Positions 39,920-51,016 of a stretch of DNA of 64,000 nt are shown one piece after another. A program made the position numbers and the translations under genes. This DNA is from an uncultured delta proteobacterium. Lineage in GTDB: Bacteria > Myxococcota > Myxococcia > Myxococcales > Myxococcaceae. The notes below the pieces were generated by a model. It did no database searches. It was not told the origin of the DNA and saw only the letters and a list, made by a program, of their open reading frames with translations. The number at the start of each line of letters is the position of its first letter. Within the stretch, counting starts at the first letter, position 1. Where the stretch lies: positions 160,001 through 224,000 of the forward strand of contig CAVYSY010000052.1 of the NCBI GenBank assembly GCA_963771175.1, in the 5' to 3' direction.

Positions 39920-40354
39920 ATGCGCTCCGGCCCCTCCGCCTCCACACCGCTTCCCCTCGCGCGGAGGCGGCTGTGGCTCCTGCCCCTGATGCTCCTCGTC
40001 ATCGCCCTGGGCCTGGGCTCGCGCTCCCCGGCGGCCGCCGCGCACCTGCCCCGCTTCCTCACCGCCTACGCGGGCGACACGCTGTGGGCCTCCATGGTCT
40101 ACCTGTGCCTCCTCTTCGCCCTGCCGCGCCTCTCCGTCCGCCACGCGGCGGCCTGGGCCCTGGGGCTCTCCGTGCTCGTCGAGCTCAGTCAGCTCCTGCA
40201 CACGCCCTGGCTCGATGCGCTCCGGGCCCACCGCCTCGGCGCGCTCGTGCTGGGCCGGGGGTTCCTCTGGTCCGACCTGGTCTGCTACGCGGCCGGCGTG
40301 GGGCTCGCCGCGGGCACGGACGCTCGCGCGGCAGCGAGCGGCTCCAGCACCTGA
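39920..40354 (+). CDS. DUF2809-like membrane protein
   Basis: 'YAGDTLWA', 'VELSQL', 'LVLGRGFLWSDLVCYAAG'. Confidence 0.8.
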   Translation: MRSGPSASTPLPLARRRLWLLPLMLLVIALGLGSRSPAAAAHLPRFLTAYAGDTLWASMVYLCLLFALPRLSVRHAAAWALGLSVLVELSQLLHTPWLDALRAHRLGALVLGRGFLWSDLVCYAAGVGLAAGTDARAAASGSST

Positions 40355-40628
40355 GCCCTCTCACTGCCGGCGCCAGGGACCCGCCTGCCCGTCCGCCGCC
40401 CCCCCTCTTTCCCGGGAGTCCCTCGTGGGGCGGAATGTCCGGAACAGGGCCAGCCCTGGAAGTGTTTTGTGATGGATCGTAGCCTCACGCGCGATGTCCA
40501 GAAAGCGGCTCGGGAGGGTTTCCCGACTCGACTTCCCGACCTAGCGGGTGTACGCCCGATCGTCGCTCCTGGCGTGAGCGAGCAATTTGGGCGATGAACG
40601 CCCTGCTGAACGAGAAAGAAGCAGAAAC

Positions 40629-40835
40629 ATGGCAAGTGGTACCGTGAAGTGGTTCAATGATGCGAAGGGCTTTGGCTTCATTACCCAGGACAGCGGGGGC
40701 CCTGACGTGTTCTGCCACCACACCGCGATCCAGTCGGATGGATTCCGCACCCTGGCCGAGGGTCAGAAGGTGGAGTTCGACGTGAAGAAGGGCCCCAAGG
40801 GTCTGCAGGCCGAGAACGTCCGTCCGATCGGCTGA
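40629..40835 (+). CDS. Cold-shock protein (CspA family)
   Basis: [31 protein letters not shown]. Confidence 0.97.
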   Translation: MASGTVKWFNDAKGFGFITQDSGGPDVFCHHTAIQSDGFRTLAEGQKVEFDVKKGPKGLQAENVRPIG

Positions 40836-40865
40836 TTCGCTCGCGCGTCCCTACCTTTAGCTGAC

Positions 40866-40901
40866 GAGGCCCGGCCTCCCATGAGGCTGGGCTTCTTTTT
40901 T
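40866..40901 (+). terminator. Rho-independent terminator
   Basis: GAGGCCCGGCCTC-CCAT-GAGGCTGGGCTTC followed by a T-run. Confidence 0.85.
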
Positions 40902-40922
40902 ACATTCTTCCCCGGAGTACGC

Positions 40923-41105
40923 ATGCAGGGACGATCCACGAAGCGACAGAAGGAAATGGCACGCCAGCAGAAGCAGCGTGACAAGGAGGCCAAGAAGGCC
41001 GAACGCCAGCGCGAGAAGGATGGGCGGCCCACCCGCCAGCCTGGAGACGAGGATCCGGACATCGCCGGCATCGTTCCTGGCCCTCAGCCGCCCCTCGAGA
41101 TGTGA
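40923..41105 (+). CDS. Small charged protein (60 aa)
   Basis: MQGRSTKRQKE...EDPDIAGIVPGPQP; GGAG RBS. Confidence 0.75.
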   Translation: MQGRSTKRQKEMARQQKQRDKEAKKAERQREKDGRPTRQPGDEDPDIAGIVPGPQPPLEM

Positions 41106-41274
41106 AGCGGGCGAATGAACGCCTGCACGCCCTCGGGCCTGGAATCGCGAGCGATTCCGGGCCCTTCGTCTTTCTGAAGCCCCCCCCGCCCCTTGCCCCT
41201 CCACCTGTCCGACGCCATGCATTGAGCCTGTGACATGGCGGGAGGCGGTGCGAGGCCGCGCTCGAGAGGAGAGG

Positions 41275-41679
41275 ATGATGGGCAAGGAGGAAGAGCGCGC
41301 CCACGGCGCACTCGGGGAGTTCGAGGCCAGCAAGCCCGGCCAGACGAAGCACGTCTTCGACGAGCCAGCCACGCTCCGGGAGCCCGCGGCGCCTCGCGTC
41401 CCCCGGGTGATGCAGCCCTCGGCCGTGTCGGTCATCCCCCTCCCCAACGAGGAGCAGGCCCGCCCCACCGAGCCGCCCGCGACGCTCCAGGAGGCTTGTG
41501 AGGCCACTGACGCGCTGCTCCACGACATCCTCGAGGAAGACGAGGCAGGGGCCCCGGCAGCGCCCCCCAAACGGACTCCGGGCCAGTCCCCCCAGGAAGA
41601 GGACTGGCCCTCGGAGTCTGCACTCCATCTACCTGCCAGAAGACTGACGCAACCAGTCGTCCTGCTTCAGTCGCGCTGA
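41275..41679 (+). CDS. Hypothetical low-complexity protein
   Basis: GAGGAGAGG upstream of ATG; Pro/Glu-rich. Confidence 0.5.
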   Translation: MMGKEEERAHGALGEFEASKPGQTKHVFDEPATLREPAAPRVPRVMQPSAVSVIPLPNEEQARPTEPPATLQEACEATDALLHDILEEDEAGAPAAPPKRTPGQSPQEEDWPSESALHLPARRLTQPVVLLQSR

Positions 41680-41757
41680 CGCTCGTCCACGTCGCCCCGA
41701 CCGTCCTGGCCGATGCCACTCGGCGCCGTCTGCTCCTTCGGAGCCGACTGGAAGCCC

Positions 41758-42025
41758 TCACGGGTGCTGACCCACGCCCTCCCAGCGGGTGGGCACCACG
41801 GACGCGACGATGCGGAGCAGCTCGTCCAGCTCGAAGGGCTTGCTCAAGCACGCCACGGCGTCGACCTCCCGCGCGCGCCGCTGCGCGTCCTCGGCCGCCG
41901 TGCACACCACGATGGGAGCACGGCGACCGTGGCCGTCGGCGGAGCTCCGCCGCGAAGGTCCACCCGTCCATCACCGGCATGCGCATGTCGAGCAGGATGA
42001 GGTCCGGCACCTCGGCCGCCACCAC
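41758..42025 (-). pseudogene. Response-regulator receiver, N-terminus missing and frameshifted
   Basis: 'PDLILLDMRMPVMDG', 'IVVCTAA', 'KPFELDEL'; the first acidic-pocket strand is replaced by the sitA6 copy. Confidence 0.8.
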
Positions 42026-42061
42026 ACACAGGTCACGGAGAATCCCGTTAGCGTGGGCTGG

Positions 42062-42327
42062 ATGAACCTCCTGGCCCCGAAGCGGGGAGTAGCGCTCCTC
42101 GGATTGCTGCTGACCGCGTGTGCCACCTCAGCGCCCGCCGTGTATGAGGACGACCTCGGAGCGCCTGACGTCGTGCACTCGTGGGAGGAGGCGCGCACGG
42201 ACCCGAGCTGCGTCGTGCCCCTGTGCGACGCGGAGCGCTGTGCACCACCGCGGACCCCGTCTTCGAGATTCCTGGCACAACTGGAAGGGGAGTGATGGGC
42301 CCGCTCGTGCCCTACTATTGCGACTGA
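42062..42327 (+). pseudogene. sitA6: SitA6 toxin lipoprotein copy with two large internal deletions
   Basis: Highly similar to 44594-44772, then to 44938-44984, then to 45293-45325; nuclease core absent. Confidence 0.85.
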
Positions 42328-42350
42328 GGAGAGGGGCTGGAAACCCACGT

Positions 42351-43106
42351 ATGAACTACTTCATCATCAAGAAAGACAAGGCGTCGGGCTACACGGGCGA
42401 CGTTGATGGCTCGTACAAGTGGGGCTTCCGGGTGTCATCTGCCCTCTCTGCAAGGCCATCTGGGGGGGCGGCGGCTACATGTACCCCTCCGTGGACCTGA
42501 CCCCGGTAGCCACCCTGGCCGACTTCGAGGAAGCCCGAGCCGAGCCCATCGAGGAGTACGAAAGGCTCCGTGAACTGGTCCGCCCCCTGCTGCCTCCGGG
42601 AGCCGTGCTGGGTCCAGGGACGGACGTTTGGCCCGTTCGTGGGCAGGGGCCAGGGTCGCTTCGGACCATTCGTGATGCCCGTCCCCTGGATATTGATGGC
42701 GCAGCGTGAGGCGCTCGAGAAGCTCCAGGCCGAGGGCCTGCGCGGCATCAAGGGCTGCCGCACCGAGTTGCGCTTCCGCCAGCGCAGCGCTCCCGAGTTG
42801 TTCGATTTGGAAGTCCTCCCCATGGGGCACCTGCACCCGGACTGCCTGCCTCCCCGTCCTCCCCCCTGCCCTCGCTGCGGCCGGGATGGAGTCTCGTTCC
42901 CTGACACGCCCCTGCTGGATACCGCGACGTTGCCAGAGCCCCTGGACCTGTTCCGGCTGGAGAACTTCCCCGGCATGATCGTCTGCACCGAGCGCTTCGT
43001 CGATGCCTGCCGGCGTCTGGGACTGGATGGCCTCACCTTCCACCCCCTCCCCATCAAGGACGGGGGAAATCCTCGGGCCCGGAGCGGGACTCCTCGGTCT
43101 CGGTGA
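42351..43106 (+). CDS. sitI6: SitI6 double-CXXCG immunity protein, copy 1 (two compensating indels)
   Basis: Paralog of 45348..46100; 'LPGVICPLC', 'CPRCG'; -1 near 42424 and +1 near 42625. Confidence 0.8.
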
Positions 43107-43258
43107 AGAGCTGCCCGCAGTGCAACCACTACGGCTCCCTCGAGCGGGACTTCGGTTATCGCTCCATGGCTCGTCGTTATGTGCGGCCTCAGTCCTGGTG
43201 CAGAAGGTGCCGGAGCGAGGGGCAGCGACTCCTCATGGGTCGCCGCCGTCGCAAGTAG
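43103..43258 (+). CDS. 51-aa zinc-ribbon microprotein or C-terminal remnant
   Basis: Own translation VKSCPQCNHYGSLERDFGYRSMARRYVRPQSWCRRCRSEGQRLLMGRRRRK*; GTGA overlap with the sitI6 stop. Confidence 0.55.
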   Translation: MKSCPQCNHYGSLERDFGYRSMARRYVRPQSWCRRCRSEGQRLLMGRRRRK

Positions 43259-43309
43259 AGGACTCCGCTCGGTGGGGCGAGGCGCTTCGGTCCCGCACCG
43301 CCACGAGGC

Positions 43310-44463
<1,154 letters not shown>

Positions 44464-44593
44464 TGGGTGGACTCCCTGCGCTGCGGGCCTCGTGTGCCCT
44501 GGTGGGAGGCGGATGCTCCCCTGGGATTGACTGGGAAATCAACCGAGGGGGGGCCTACCGGCTCGCGTCAGCGTGGGTAGTAGCGTGGGCCGG

Positions 44594-45325
44594 ATGAACC
44601 TCCTGGCCTCGAAGCGGGGAGCCGCGCTCCTCGGATTGCTGCTGACCGCGTGTGCCACATCGACGCCCGCGGTGCACGAGGACGACCTCGGAGCGCCTGA
44701 CGTCGTGTACTCGTGGGAGGAGGCACGCGCGGACCCGAGCTGCGTCGTGCCCCTGTGCGACGCGCAGCGCTGTGCCGTCTGGCGCTGCCAGGACGTGGCG
44801 GAAGCGGAGGCCCACCCCGTGCTGCTGGCGCAGGCCATGGCTCCGGTTCGGGCTCCGATTCCGCAACCGGCGCCGATGCTCCGCATTCCCAGCGTGGACA
44901 ATCCCTCCCGCTGGTGGGGAATCCCCCTGGCCGCCCCCACCACCGCGGACCCCGTCTTCGAGATTCCCTGGCACAACTGGAAGGAGCGCCAGCAGCTCGC
45001 GCTCAAGACGTACCGCATCTATTGCCTCCAGGGTCCTCATGAGCCCTATGAGAAACACCACATCTTCCCGCAGCAACCAGTCCTGGCCATGTGGTTCGCG
45101 CGCAGGCACATCGACATCCACGCCTTCACCGTCCGCGTTCCCAAGAGCTTCCACACCTGGCTGCACAGTGGCGGACCACAAGGCGGTCAGTGGAACGAGG
45201 CCTGGCGACAATTCATGAACCAGAACCGCGAAACCGCCGGCCCGGAGGACATCTGGCGGTTCGCGGGCGAGCTCATGATGCGGTTCGGCGTGAGTGGTCC
45301 GCTCGTGCCCTACTATTGTGACTGA
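44594..45325 (+). CDS. sitA6: SitA6 (TIGR02269-type) polymorphic toxin lipoprotein, intact
   Basis: Lipobox LTAC; 'CVVPLC....C..WRC.D'; 'KHHIFPQ', 'HTWLHSGG..GGQWNEAW'. Confidence 0.88.
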   Translation: MNLLASKRGAALLGLLLTACATSTPAVHEDDLGAPDVVYSWEEARADPSCVVPLCDAQRCAVWRCQDVAEAEAHPVLLAQAMAPVRAPIPQPAPMLRIPSVDNPSRWWGIPLAAPTTADPVFEIPWHNWKERQQLALKTYRIYCLQGPHEPYEKHHIFPQQPVLAMWFARRHIDIHAFTVRVPKSFHTWLHSGGPQGGQWNEAWRQFMNQNRETAGPEDIWRFAGELMMRFGVSGPLVPYYCD

Positions 45326-45347
45326 GGCGGCGGACAGGAACCCACGG

Positions 45348-46100
45348 ATGAACTACTTCATCGTCGATAGAGATAAGGCATCGGGCTACACGGGCGACGT
45401 CGATGGCTCGTACAAGTGGGGGCTTCCGGGCGTCATCTGTCCCCTGTGCAAGGCCATCTGGGGGGGCGGCTACATGTATCCCTCCGTGGACCTGACCCCG
45501 GTGGCCTCCCTGGCGGATTTCGAGAAAGCTCGAGCCGAGCCCATCGAGGAATACGAAAGGCTCCGTGAGCTGGTCCGCCCCCTGCTCCCGCCAGGAGCCG
45601 TGCTGACTCCGGGATCGGAGTTTGGCCCCTTCGTGGGCAGGGGCATGGGTCGCTTCGGGCCGTTCGTGATGCCCGTTCCCTGGATATTGATGATGCAGCG
45701 TGAGGCGCTCGAGAAGCTCCAGGCCGAAGGCGTACAGGGCCTCAAGGGCTGCCGCACCGAGCTGCGCTTCCGCCAGCGCACGTCCCCCGAGTTGCTCGAT
45801 CTGGAGCTCCTCCCCGTGGCCCGCCTGCACCCGGACTGCCTGCCTCCCCGCCCTCCCCCCTGCTCTCGCTGCGGCCGGGATGCCGTCTCCCTGCCCAAGG
45901 TCCGCCTGCTAGACGCCGCCACGGCCCCCAGCGACCTGGACCTGTTCCGACTCATACAATTCTCGGGCGTGATCGCCTGCTCCGAGCGCTTCGTCGACGC
46001 CTGCCGGCGTCTGGGATTGGATGGCCTCTCCTTCCAGCCCCTCCCCCTCAGACGAGGGGAGAGTCCTGGGGCCCGGTGCGAGAGTCCTCCGTCTCGGTGA
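45348..46100 (+). CDS. sitI6: SitI6 (TIGR02264-type) double-CXXCG immunity protein
   Basis: 'WGLPGVICPLC', 'YPSVDL', 'LHPDCLP..CSRCG', 'DLDLFRL'; directly after the toxin. Confidence 0.88.
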   Translation: MNYFIVDRDKASGYTGDVDGSYKWGLPGVICPLCKAIWGGGYMYPSVDLTPVASLADFEKARAEPIEEYERLRELVRPLLPPGAVLTPGSEFGPFVGRGMGRFGPFVMPVPWILMMQREALEKLQAEGVQGLKGCRTELRFRQRTSPELLDLELLPVARLHPDCLPPRPPPCSRCGRDAVSLPKVRLLDAATAPSDLDLFRLIQFSGVIACSERFVDACRRLGLDGLSFQPLPLRRGESPGARCESPPSR

Positions 46101-46701
46101 TCAGCCCCTCTTCCTGGGCCAGCGTGCGCAGGTGCGTCTTGATGCGCTGGAACTGCTGGCGCAAGGCCGCCGCCCGCCGCTTGAGTCCCGCGTCCGTGAG
46201 CGCCTCCTCCCCATCGGACATCACCCGGGCCACCTCCTCCCACGACAACCTCTGGTCCACTCGCAGCAGCAGCAACATGCGCTCCTGGGGATCCAGACTC
46301 TCGCGCAGCGCGCGGAAACGCTCCTTCACCGAGGTGCGCTGCCAGGGGCGCGTCTCCGAGCGCGGCTTGAACGCCGCGTCCGGCAACTTCGACATGCTCT
46401 CCGGCTGCTCCCTCCCCGCCGGCGCGTGCATCACCTGGTAACACGCGTTGCGCGCCAGCCGGTACGCCCACGTCCGGAAGGAGCTCTCCCACCGGAAGCC
46501 CGGCAGCCCTCGCAGGAGGTTCTCGCTGAAGAGGCTGAAGGCATCCCGGCTCCGCTCATAGTCGTGCAGCACCGAGGCCATCAACCGCATGATCTCCTGC
46601 CCATATCCCTCCAGGGCCCGCTCCACGCCTCCGGCAATGTCGCCCTGCCGGCACAACTCGTGAATCTCCTGCTCCAGCTTCTCGCGCTCGTCCAACTGCA
46701 T
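46048..46701 (-). CDS. ECF RNA polymerase sigma factor
   Basis: 'FRWESSFRTWAYRLARN' region 2; 'ERMLLLLRVDQRLSWEEVA' region 4. Confidence 0.88.
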   Translation of the reverse strand: MQLDEREKLEQEIHELCRQGDIAGGVERALEGYGQEIMRLMASVLHDYERSRDAFSLFSENLLRGLPGFRWESSFRTWAYRLARNACYQVMHAPAGREQPESMSKLPDAAFKPRSETRPWQRTSVKERFRALRESLDPQERMLLLLRVDQRLSWEEVARVMSDGEEALTDAGLKRRAAALRQQFQRIKTHLRTLAQEEGLITETEDSRTGPQDSPLV

Positions 46702-46746
46702 GGTGTTTCTCCCTGCTCCTGGCCTGTCGTCTTCCGCGTCGCTCCT

Positions 46747-49700
46747 TCACACCGGGCTCGGCGCCTCCGAGCCCGGGGCCTCCACGTGCATCCCCGCCTC
46801 CCCGGGCGGTGAACCCAGGGCCAGGGCGATGTGCCGCTCGTACTCCCGCGCTCCCTGCTCGCGCGCGATGCGCACGGCCTGGAGGAAACTCTCGCCGGCC
46901 TCCGCCTCGTGGCCCAGCGCTCGCTGGGCCTCCCCTCCGATGCGGTGCAGCTCCGCCTCGTAGAAGCGCTCCCCCACCGCCTCCACCCACTTCAACCCCT
47001 CGAGCACCGCCAGCAGCGCCTCGTGCGGCTGCCCCAGGCGCAGGTGCACCTCCGCCAGCAGGCCGAGGTTCTGCGGCATCCCCGCTCGCAGGCCCATCAT
47101 CCGCCACCTGCTCAACCCCTCGCGCATCAACGACAGTCCCTCCTCGGGCCGCCCCAGCTCCGAGAGGGCCCAGCCTCGCAGCAGGACGGACCACTCGAGC
47201 CACAACCGGAACCAGTGCTCGCGCGAGATGGCGTGGCACTCCTCGGCCAGCTCCAGCGTGCCCTGTGCGTCCCCACGCAGTTGGCAGGAGAGCGCCGCGT
47301 AGAGCAGCACGTAGGCCCGGGTGTTCGCATGGCCGATGCGCCCGGCCAGCTCCAGCGCTTCGCGCGCGGACTCCCGCGCCCGCTCCGGCTCGCCCATCAC
47401 CGAGTAGATGATGGAGGCGTGGATCCGCGCCATCGCGAGCGGGTCCACCCAGTGCCTGACGGCCAGCTTGTGGTGCTCCTCCAGCGAGAAGTCCGCCCAG
47501 GCCACCGCGCGCTCCACGTACTCGCGCGCCTCCTCCATCCGCCCCCAGGTGAAGAAGTCCGTGGCCATCATCCGATAGCCCAGGGCGAGCAGCTCCCGGT
47601 TGTGCTGGCGCGAGCCCAGCCCCACCAGCTGCTCGGCCAGCTCGTGCGACAGGCGGTACTCGGCACGGGCGAAGTAGTAGGCGAACGGTCCCCAGTAGGA
47701 CAGCTCCAGGCGCGGCAACACATCCCCCACCAGGAGGAAGAGCTCGCGCGCGCGGGTGTACGTCCGCTTCACCTCGGGCGAGCGGTAGCCCTGCACCTGG
47801 GACAGCGGAATGCCCAGGGCGATGAGGAGCTGCAGCTCCTGCTGGATGCGCTGCCCGGCGTCGGGCAGGGCGCGCAGCAGCTTCAGCGCCTGCTGCAGGT
47901 GGCTCACCGCCTCCAGGTTGGCCGAGCGCAAGCTGGCGCGCATGCCGGCCCGCATCCAGTGCTGGATGGCCGGCTCGTACTCGCCGGCCTCGGTGTAGTG
48001 GTGGGCCAGCACCTCGGGCTGCGTCTCCACCACCTCGGGGAACTGCTCCAGGAGCGCCTGGGCGATCCTCCGGTGGTGCTGGCGCCGGGTGCCGCGCAGC
48101 AGGGACTGGTAGGCCGCGTCCTGGAAGAGGGCGTGACGGAACTGGTAGCCGGGCCCGTCGACATCCTCCTCCCGCTGGAGCACCCCGGCGGACACCAGCT
48201 CCTTCAGGTCCTGCCCCAGCCCCGTGGCATCTCTCCGCGTCAGCGTGGCCAGCAGCGCCTGGGAGAAGCCACGCCCCACCACCGCGCAGAGCTGGGCAAG
48301 CGTCTTCTGCGACGCCGGCAGCCGGTCCAGGCGCGCCAGCAGCAGCTCGTGCAGGGTGACGGGGATGGAGGCCACCGTCCCGCGCTCCACCACCATGTGC
48401 GTCATCTCCTCCACGAAGAGGGGGATGCCGTCCGTCTTGGCCACGAGCTGGCGCACCGTCTCCTCCGACAGCGCGTGGCCCCCCGCCTCCTGCACCAGCG
48501 TCGCGGTGAGCCGCGCCGGCAGCCGCTCCAACCCCACCCGGTGCAGCCGGGCCGAGTCCGGCCACGCGTGCTGGAAGCTCGGGCGGGCGCTCAGCACCAG
48601 CAGGACGCGCGCGTCCTCCACCCGGCGCAGCACGGCGCCGAGCAGCTCCAGCGTGGACGGGTCCGCCCAGTGCAGGTCCTCCACCACACCGAACACCGGG
48701 CGCTGCTCGGCCATGCGCAGCAGCAGGCTCGACAGCGCCTCGATGGTGCGCTCCTTCTGTCGATCCGGCGAGAGTTGGAGGAAGGGCAGGTTCTCCTGCA
48801 CCGGCAGCGACAGGAAGGCGGCGATGAGGTCCATGTGCTCGCCCTCCATGCCCAGCGCCCCGAGCTGCTCCTCCAGCTTGCGCAGGTTGTCCCGCGGCGA
48901 GCCTTCCGGGTCCAACCGGAAGAGGTGCTGCAGCATGTTGATGATGGGGAGGAAGGCGCTGTTGGCGAACTGGCTCCAGCACTGGCAGCGCAGGCGGAAG
49001 CTGGAGAAGGGCGACACCCGCAGGCGCAGCTCCTGGATGAGGCGGGACTTGCCGATGCCGGCCTCGCCCGTGAGCAGCACGAAGGAGCCCCGGCCCTCGC
49101 GCGCCTCCTCCCAGGCGGAGAACAGCCGCCGCAGCTCGTCCTCGCGCCCCACCAGCGGGGAGAGCGCGCCAGTGACGAGCGCCCGATCGAAGCGGAACAC
49201 CTGCTTGCGCGCGCGCGTCACCCGCCAGGCGTCCACGTGCCGCGCTCCGGACAGGCCCTCGAAGGTAAGCGCGCCGAGCGACTCGGACTCGAAGGCACGC
49301 TGCACCAGGGTATAGGTGGTGTCGCTGAGCACCACCGTGCCGGGCTCCGCCCGCCGCGCCAGCCAGGAGGCGATGCGCGGAGCCTCGCCCTGGATGGTGG
49401 GCGTGCGCCCCCGCAGCTCCGGGAGGATGTCGTCGAACACCACCATCTCGGTGTGGATGCCCACCTGCACCGCCAGCGAGCGCAGGGAGGGGAGGCCGAG
49501 GCGCTGGCTGAGCTCGCCCGGCAGAGAGCCCACCAGTTGCAGCCCGGCGCTCACCGCGTGCTCCGAGTCCTCCTCGCGCGCCACCGGGTAGCCGAAGCAG
49601 GCGAGCACCTCGTCTCCCACACAGGTGGTGATGGAGCCATCATGCCGCTGGATGATCTCCGAGCTGCTCTTCTGGAAGGCGGCCTCCAGCTCGCTGAAGT

Positions 49701-50805
49701 CCTCGGGGTCCAACTCCTGGGCGAGCCCCACGAGACCCACCAGCTTGCAGGACACCAGCGTCACCGGCCGACGCTGGGGAGCCACCGAGCGCGGCTCCTC
49801 GCGCCAGGGCCCCAGCCGCTCCTCCAACCGGCGCAGCCTGTCGCGCAACACCACCGCCGAGGGCAACCGCCGCCGCGCCTCCTTCACCAGGGCCTCGGAG
49901 ATGAGCGTCTCCACCTCCTGCGGCACCTCCGGGCGGCGCGCGCGCACCAAGGGCACCGGCTCGTACCCCACCACCCGGGCGCGCAGCTCGTCCAGGGTGG
50001 CGCTCGGGTAGAGCAGCTCCCCGGTGAGCATCTCGTACAGCATGACGCCGGCGGACCAGAGGTCCGTGCGCTCGTCCTGTGTCTCGCCCCTCCACTGCTC
50101 CGGGGACATATACGGAGGCGTGCCGGCATCCGGCAGGCGGGGCATGGGCGAGCCACTCGAGGCCATCAGCCAGGCCAGCCCGAAGTCGAGCAGCTTCACC
50201 GTGCCGAGCGTGGTGATGAAGACGTTGCTGGGCTTGAGGTCGCGGTGGACGATGTGGCGGCCGTGCGCATGCGCCAGACCCGTGGCCACTCCCACCATGA
50301 GCTCCAGCGCGCGCCGGACGCCCAGCCGCTGCTCGCGCTGCAGCAGGGCGGCGAGCGACTCGCCCTCCAGGCACTCCATGACGATGAAGGGGATGCGCGG
50401 CTCCCAGGGCTCCCCCGTCCACTCGGACACGTCGAAGACGCTGACGATGTTCTCGTGGTCGAGCTGCGCGATGGCACGCGCCTCCTGGCGCAGCAGATCC
50501 ATCGGCCAGTGCGCGCCCATCCCCTCCTGCGGCAGGAGGAACTTGAGGGCCACCACGCGCTGCAGTTCCTCGTCGCGCGCGCGGAACACCTGCCCCATGG
50601 AGCCCCCCCCCAGCTCCCGGACGATTTCAAACCTGCGGCCATCCGAGCCCCCGAGCCGCTCCCCGGGGACAGGCTTGCGGAACAGCGGGGGCGCCTGGGC
50701 CACTTCCTTCAGGAAGGAATCGCCGAAGTCGGCGTCATCGTGCTGGGACGCGTCCACTTCGCGCGGGCGCGCCTCTCCGACATGCTGACCGGTCTCCTCG
50801 CGCAT
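46747..50805 (-). CDS. Ser/Thr kinase - degenerate class III cyclase - STAND ATPase - TPR-like fusion, paralog 1
   Basis: GGGSMG, HRDLKPSN, DFG; 'GDEVLACFGYP'; GEAGIGKS; VEDLHWAD; 'GIPLFVEE'; 'YQFRHAL'. Confidence 0.92.
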   Translation of the reverse strand: MREETGQHVGEARPREVDASQHDDADFGDSFLKEVAQAPPLFRKPVPGERLGGSDGRRFEIVRELGGGSMGQVFRARDEELQRVVALKFLLPQEGMGAHWPMDLLRQEARAIAQLDHENIVSVFDVSEWTGEPWEPRIPFIVMECLEGESLAALLQREQRLGVRRALELMVGVATGLAHAHGRHIVHRDLKPSNVFITTLGTVKLLDFGLAWLMASSGSPMPRLPDAGTPPYMSPEQWRGETQDERTDLWSAGVMLYEMLTGELLYPSATLDELRARVVGYEPVPLVRARRPEVPQEVETLISEALVKEARRRLPSAVVLRDRLRRLEERLGPWREEPRSVAPQRRPVTLVSCKLVGLVGLAQELDPEDFSELEAAFQKSSSEIIQRHDGSITTCVGDEVLACFGYPVAREEDSEHAVSAGLQLVGSLPGELSQRLGLPSLRSLAVQVGIHTEMVVFDDILPELRGRTPTIQGEAPRIASWLARRAEPGTVVLSDTTYTLVQRAFESESLGALTFEGLSGARHVDAWRVTRARKQVFRFDRALVTGALSPLVGREDELRRLFSAWEEAREGRGSFVLLTGEAGIGKSRLIQELRLRVSPFSSFRLRCQCWSQFANSAFLPIINMLQHLFRLDPEGSPRDNLRKLEEQLGALGMEGEHMDLIAAFLSLPVQENLPFLQLSPDRQKERTIEALSSLLLRMAEQRPVFGVVEDLHWADPSTLELLGAVLRRVEDARVLLVLSARPSFQHAWPDSARLHRVGLERLPARLTATLVQEAGGHALSEETVRQLVAKTDGIPLFVEEMTHMVVERGTVASIPVTLHELLLARLDRLPASQKTLAQLCAVVGRGFSQALLATLTRRDATGLGQDLKELVSAGVLQREEDVDGPGYQFRHALFQDAAYQSLLRGTRRQHHRRIAQALLEQFPEVVETQPEVLAHHYTEAGEYEPAIQHWMRAGMRASLRSANLEAVSHLQQALKLLRALPDAGQRIQQELQLLIALGIPLSQVQGYRSPEVKRTYTRARELFLLVGDVLPRLELSYWGPFAYYFARAEYRLSHELAEQLVGLGSRQHNRELLALGYRMMATDFFTWGRMEEAREYVERAVAWADFSLEEHHKLAVRHWVDPLAMARIHASIIYSVMGEPERARESAREALELAGRIGHANTRAYVLLYAALSCQLRGDAQGTLELAEECHAISREHWFRLWLEWSVLLRGWALSELGRPEEGLSLMREGLSRWRMMGLRAGMPQNLGLLAEVHLRLGQPHEALLAVLEGLKWVEAVGERFYEAELHRIGGEAQRALGHEAEAGESFLQAVRIAREQGAREYERHIALALGSPPGEAGMHVEAPGSEAPSPV

Positions 50806-51016
50806 TCCCTGCTCCCCGGTCGAGGGCCTCTCGCGACGGAGGCCTTGGCTGATTGAAGTTATGGGTCCCATGGCAGCCGAGCAACGCGAGGGGTCGGGAG
50901 GGCAGGCGCACCGTCCAGGGTCGGTGCCCCGCCCTGCCGAAAGACAGACATTCGTGACGCCAGGAAACAGAGCACCTGGACTCCTGGCGGGAAGAAGCAG
51001 CGCACCCGGCGGAGGG

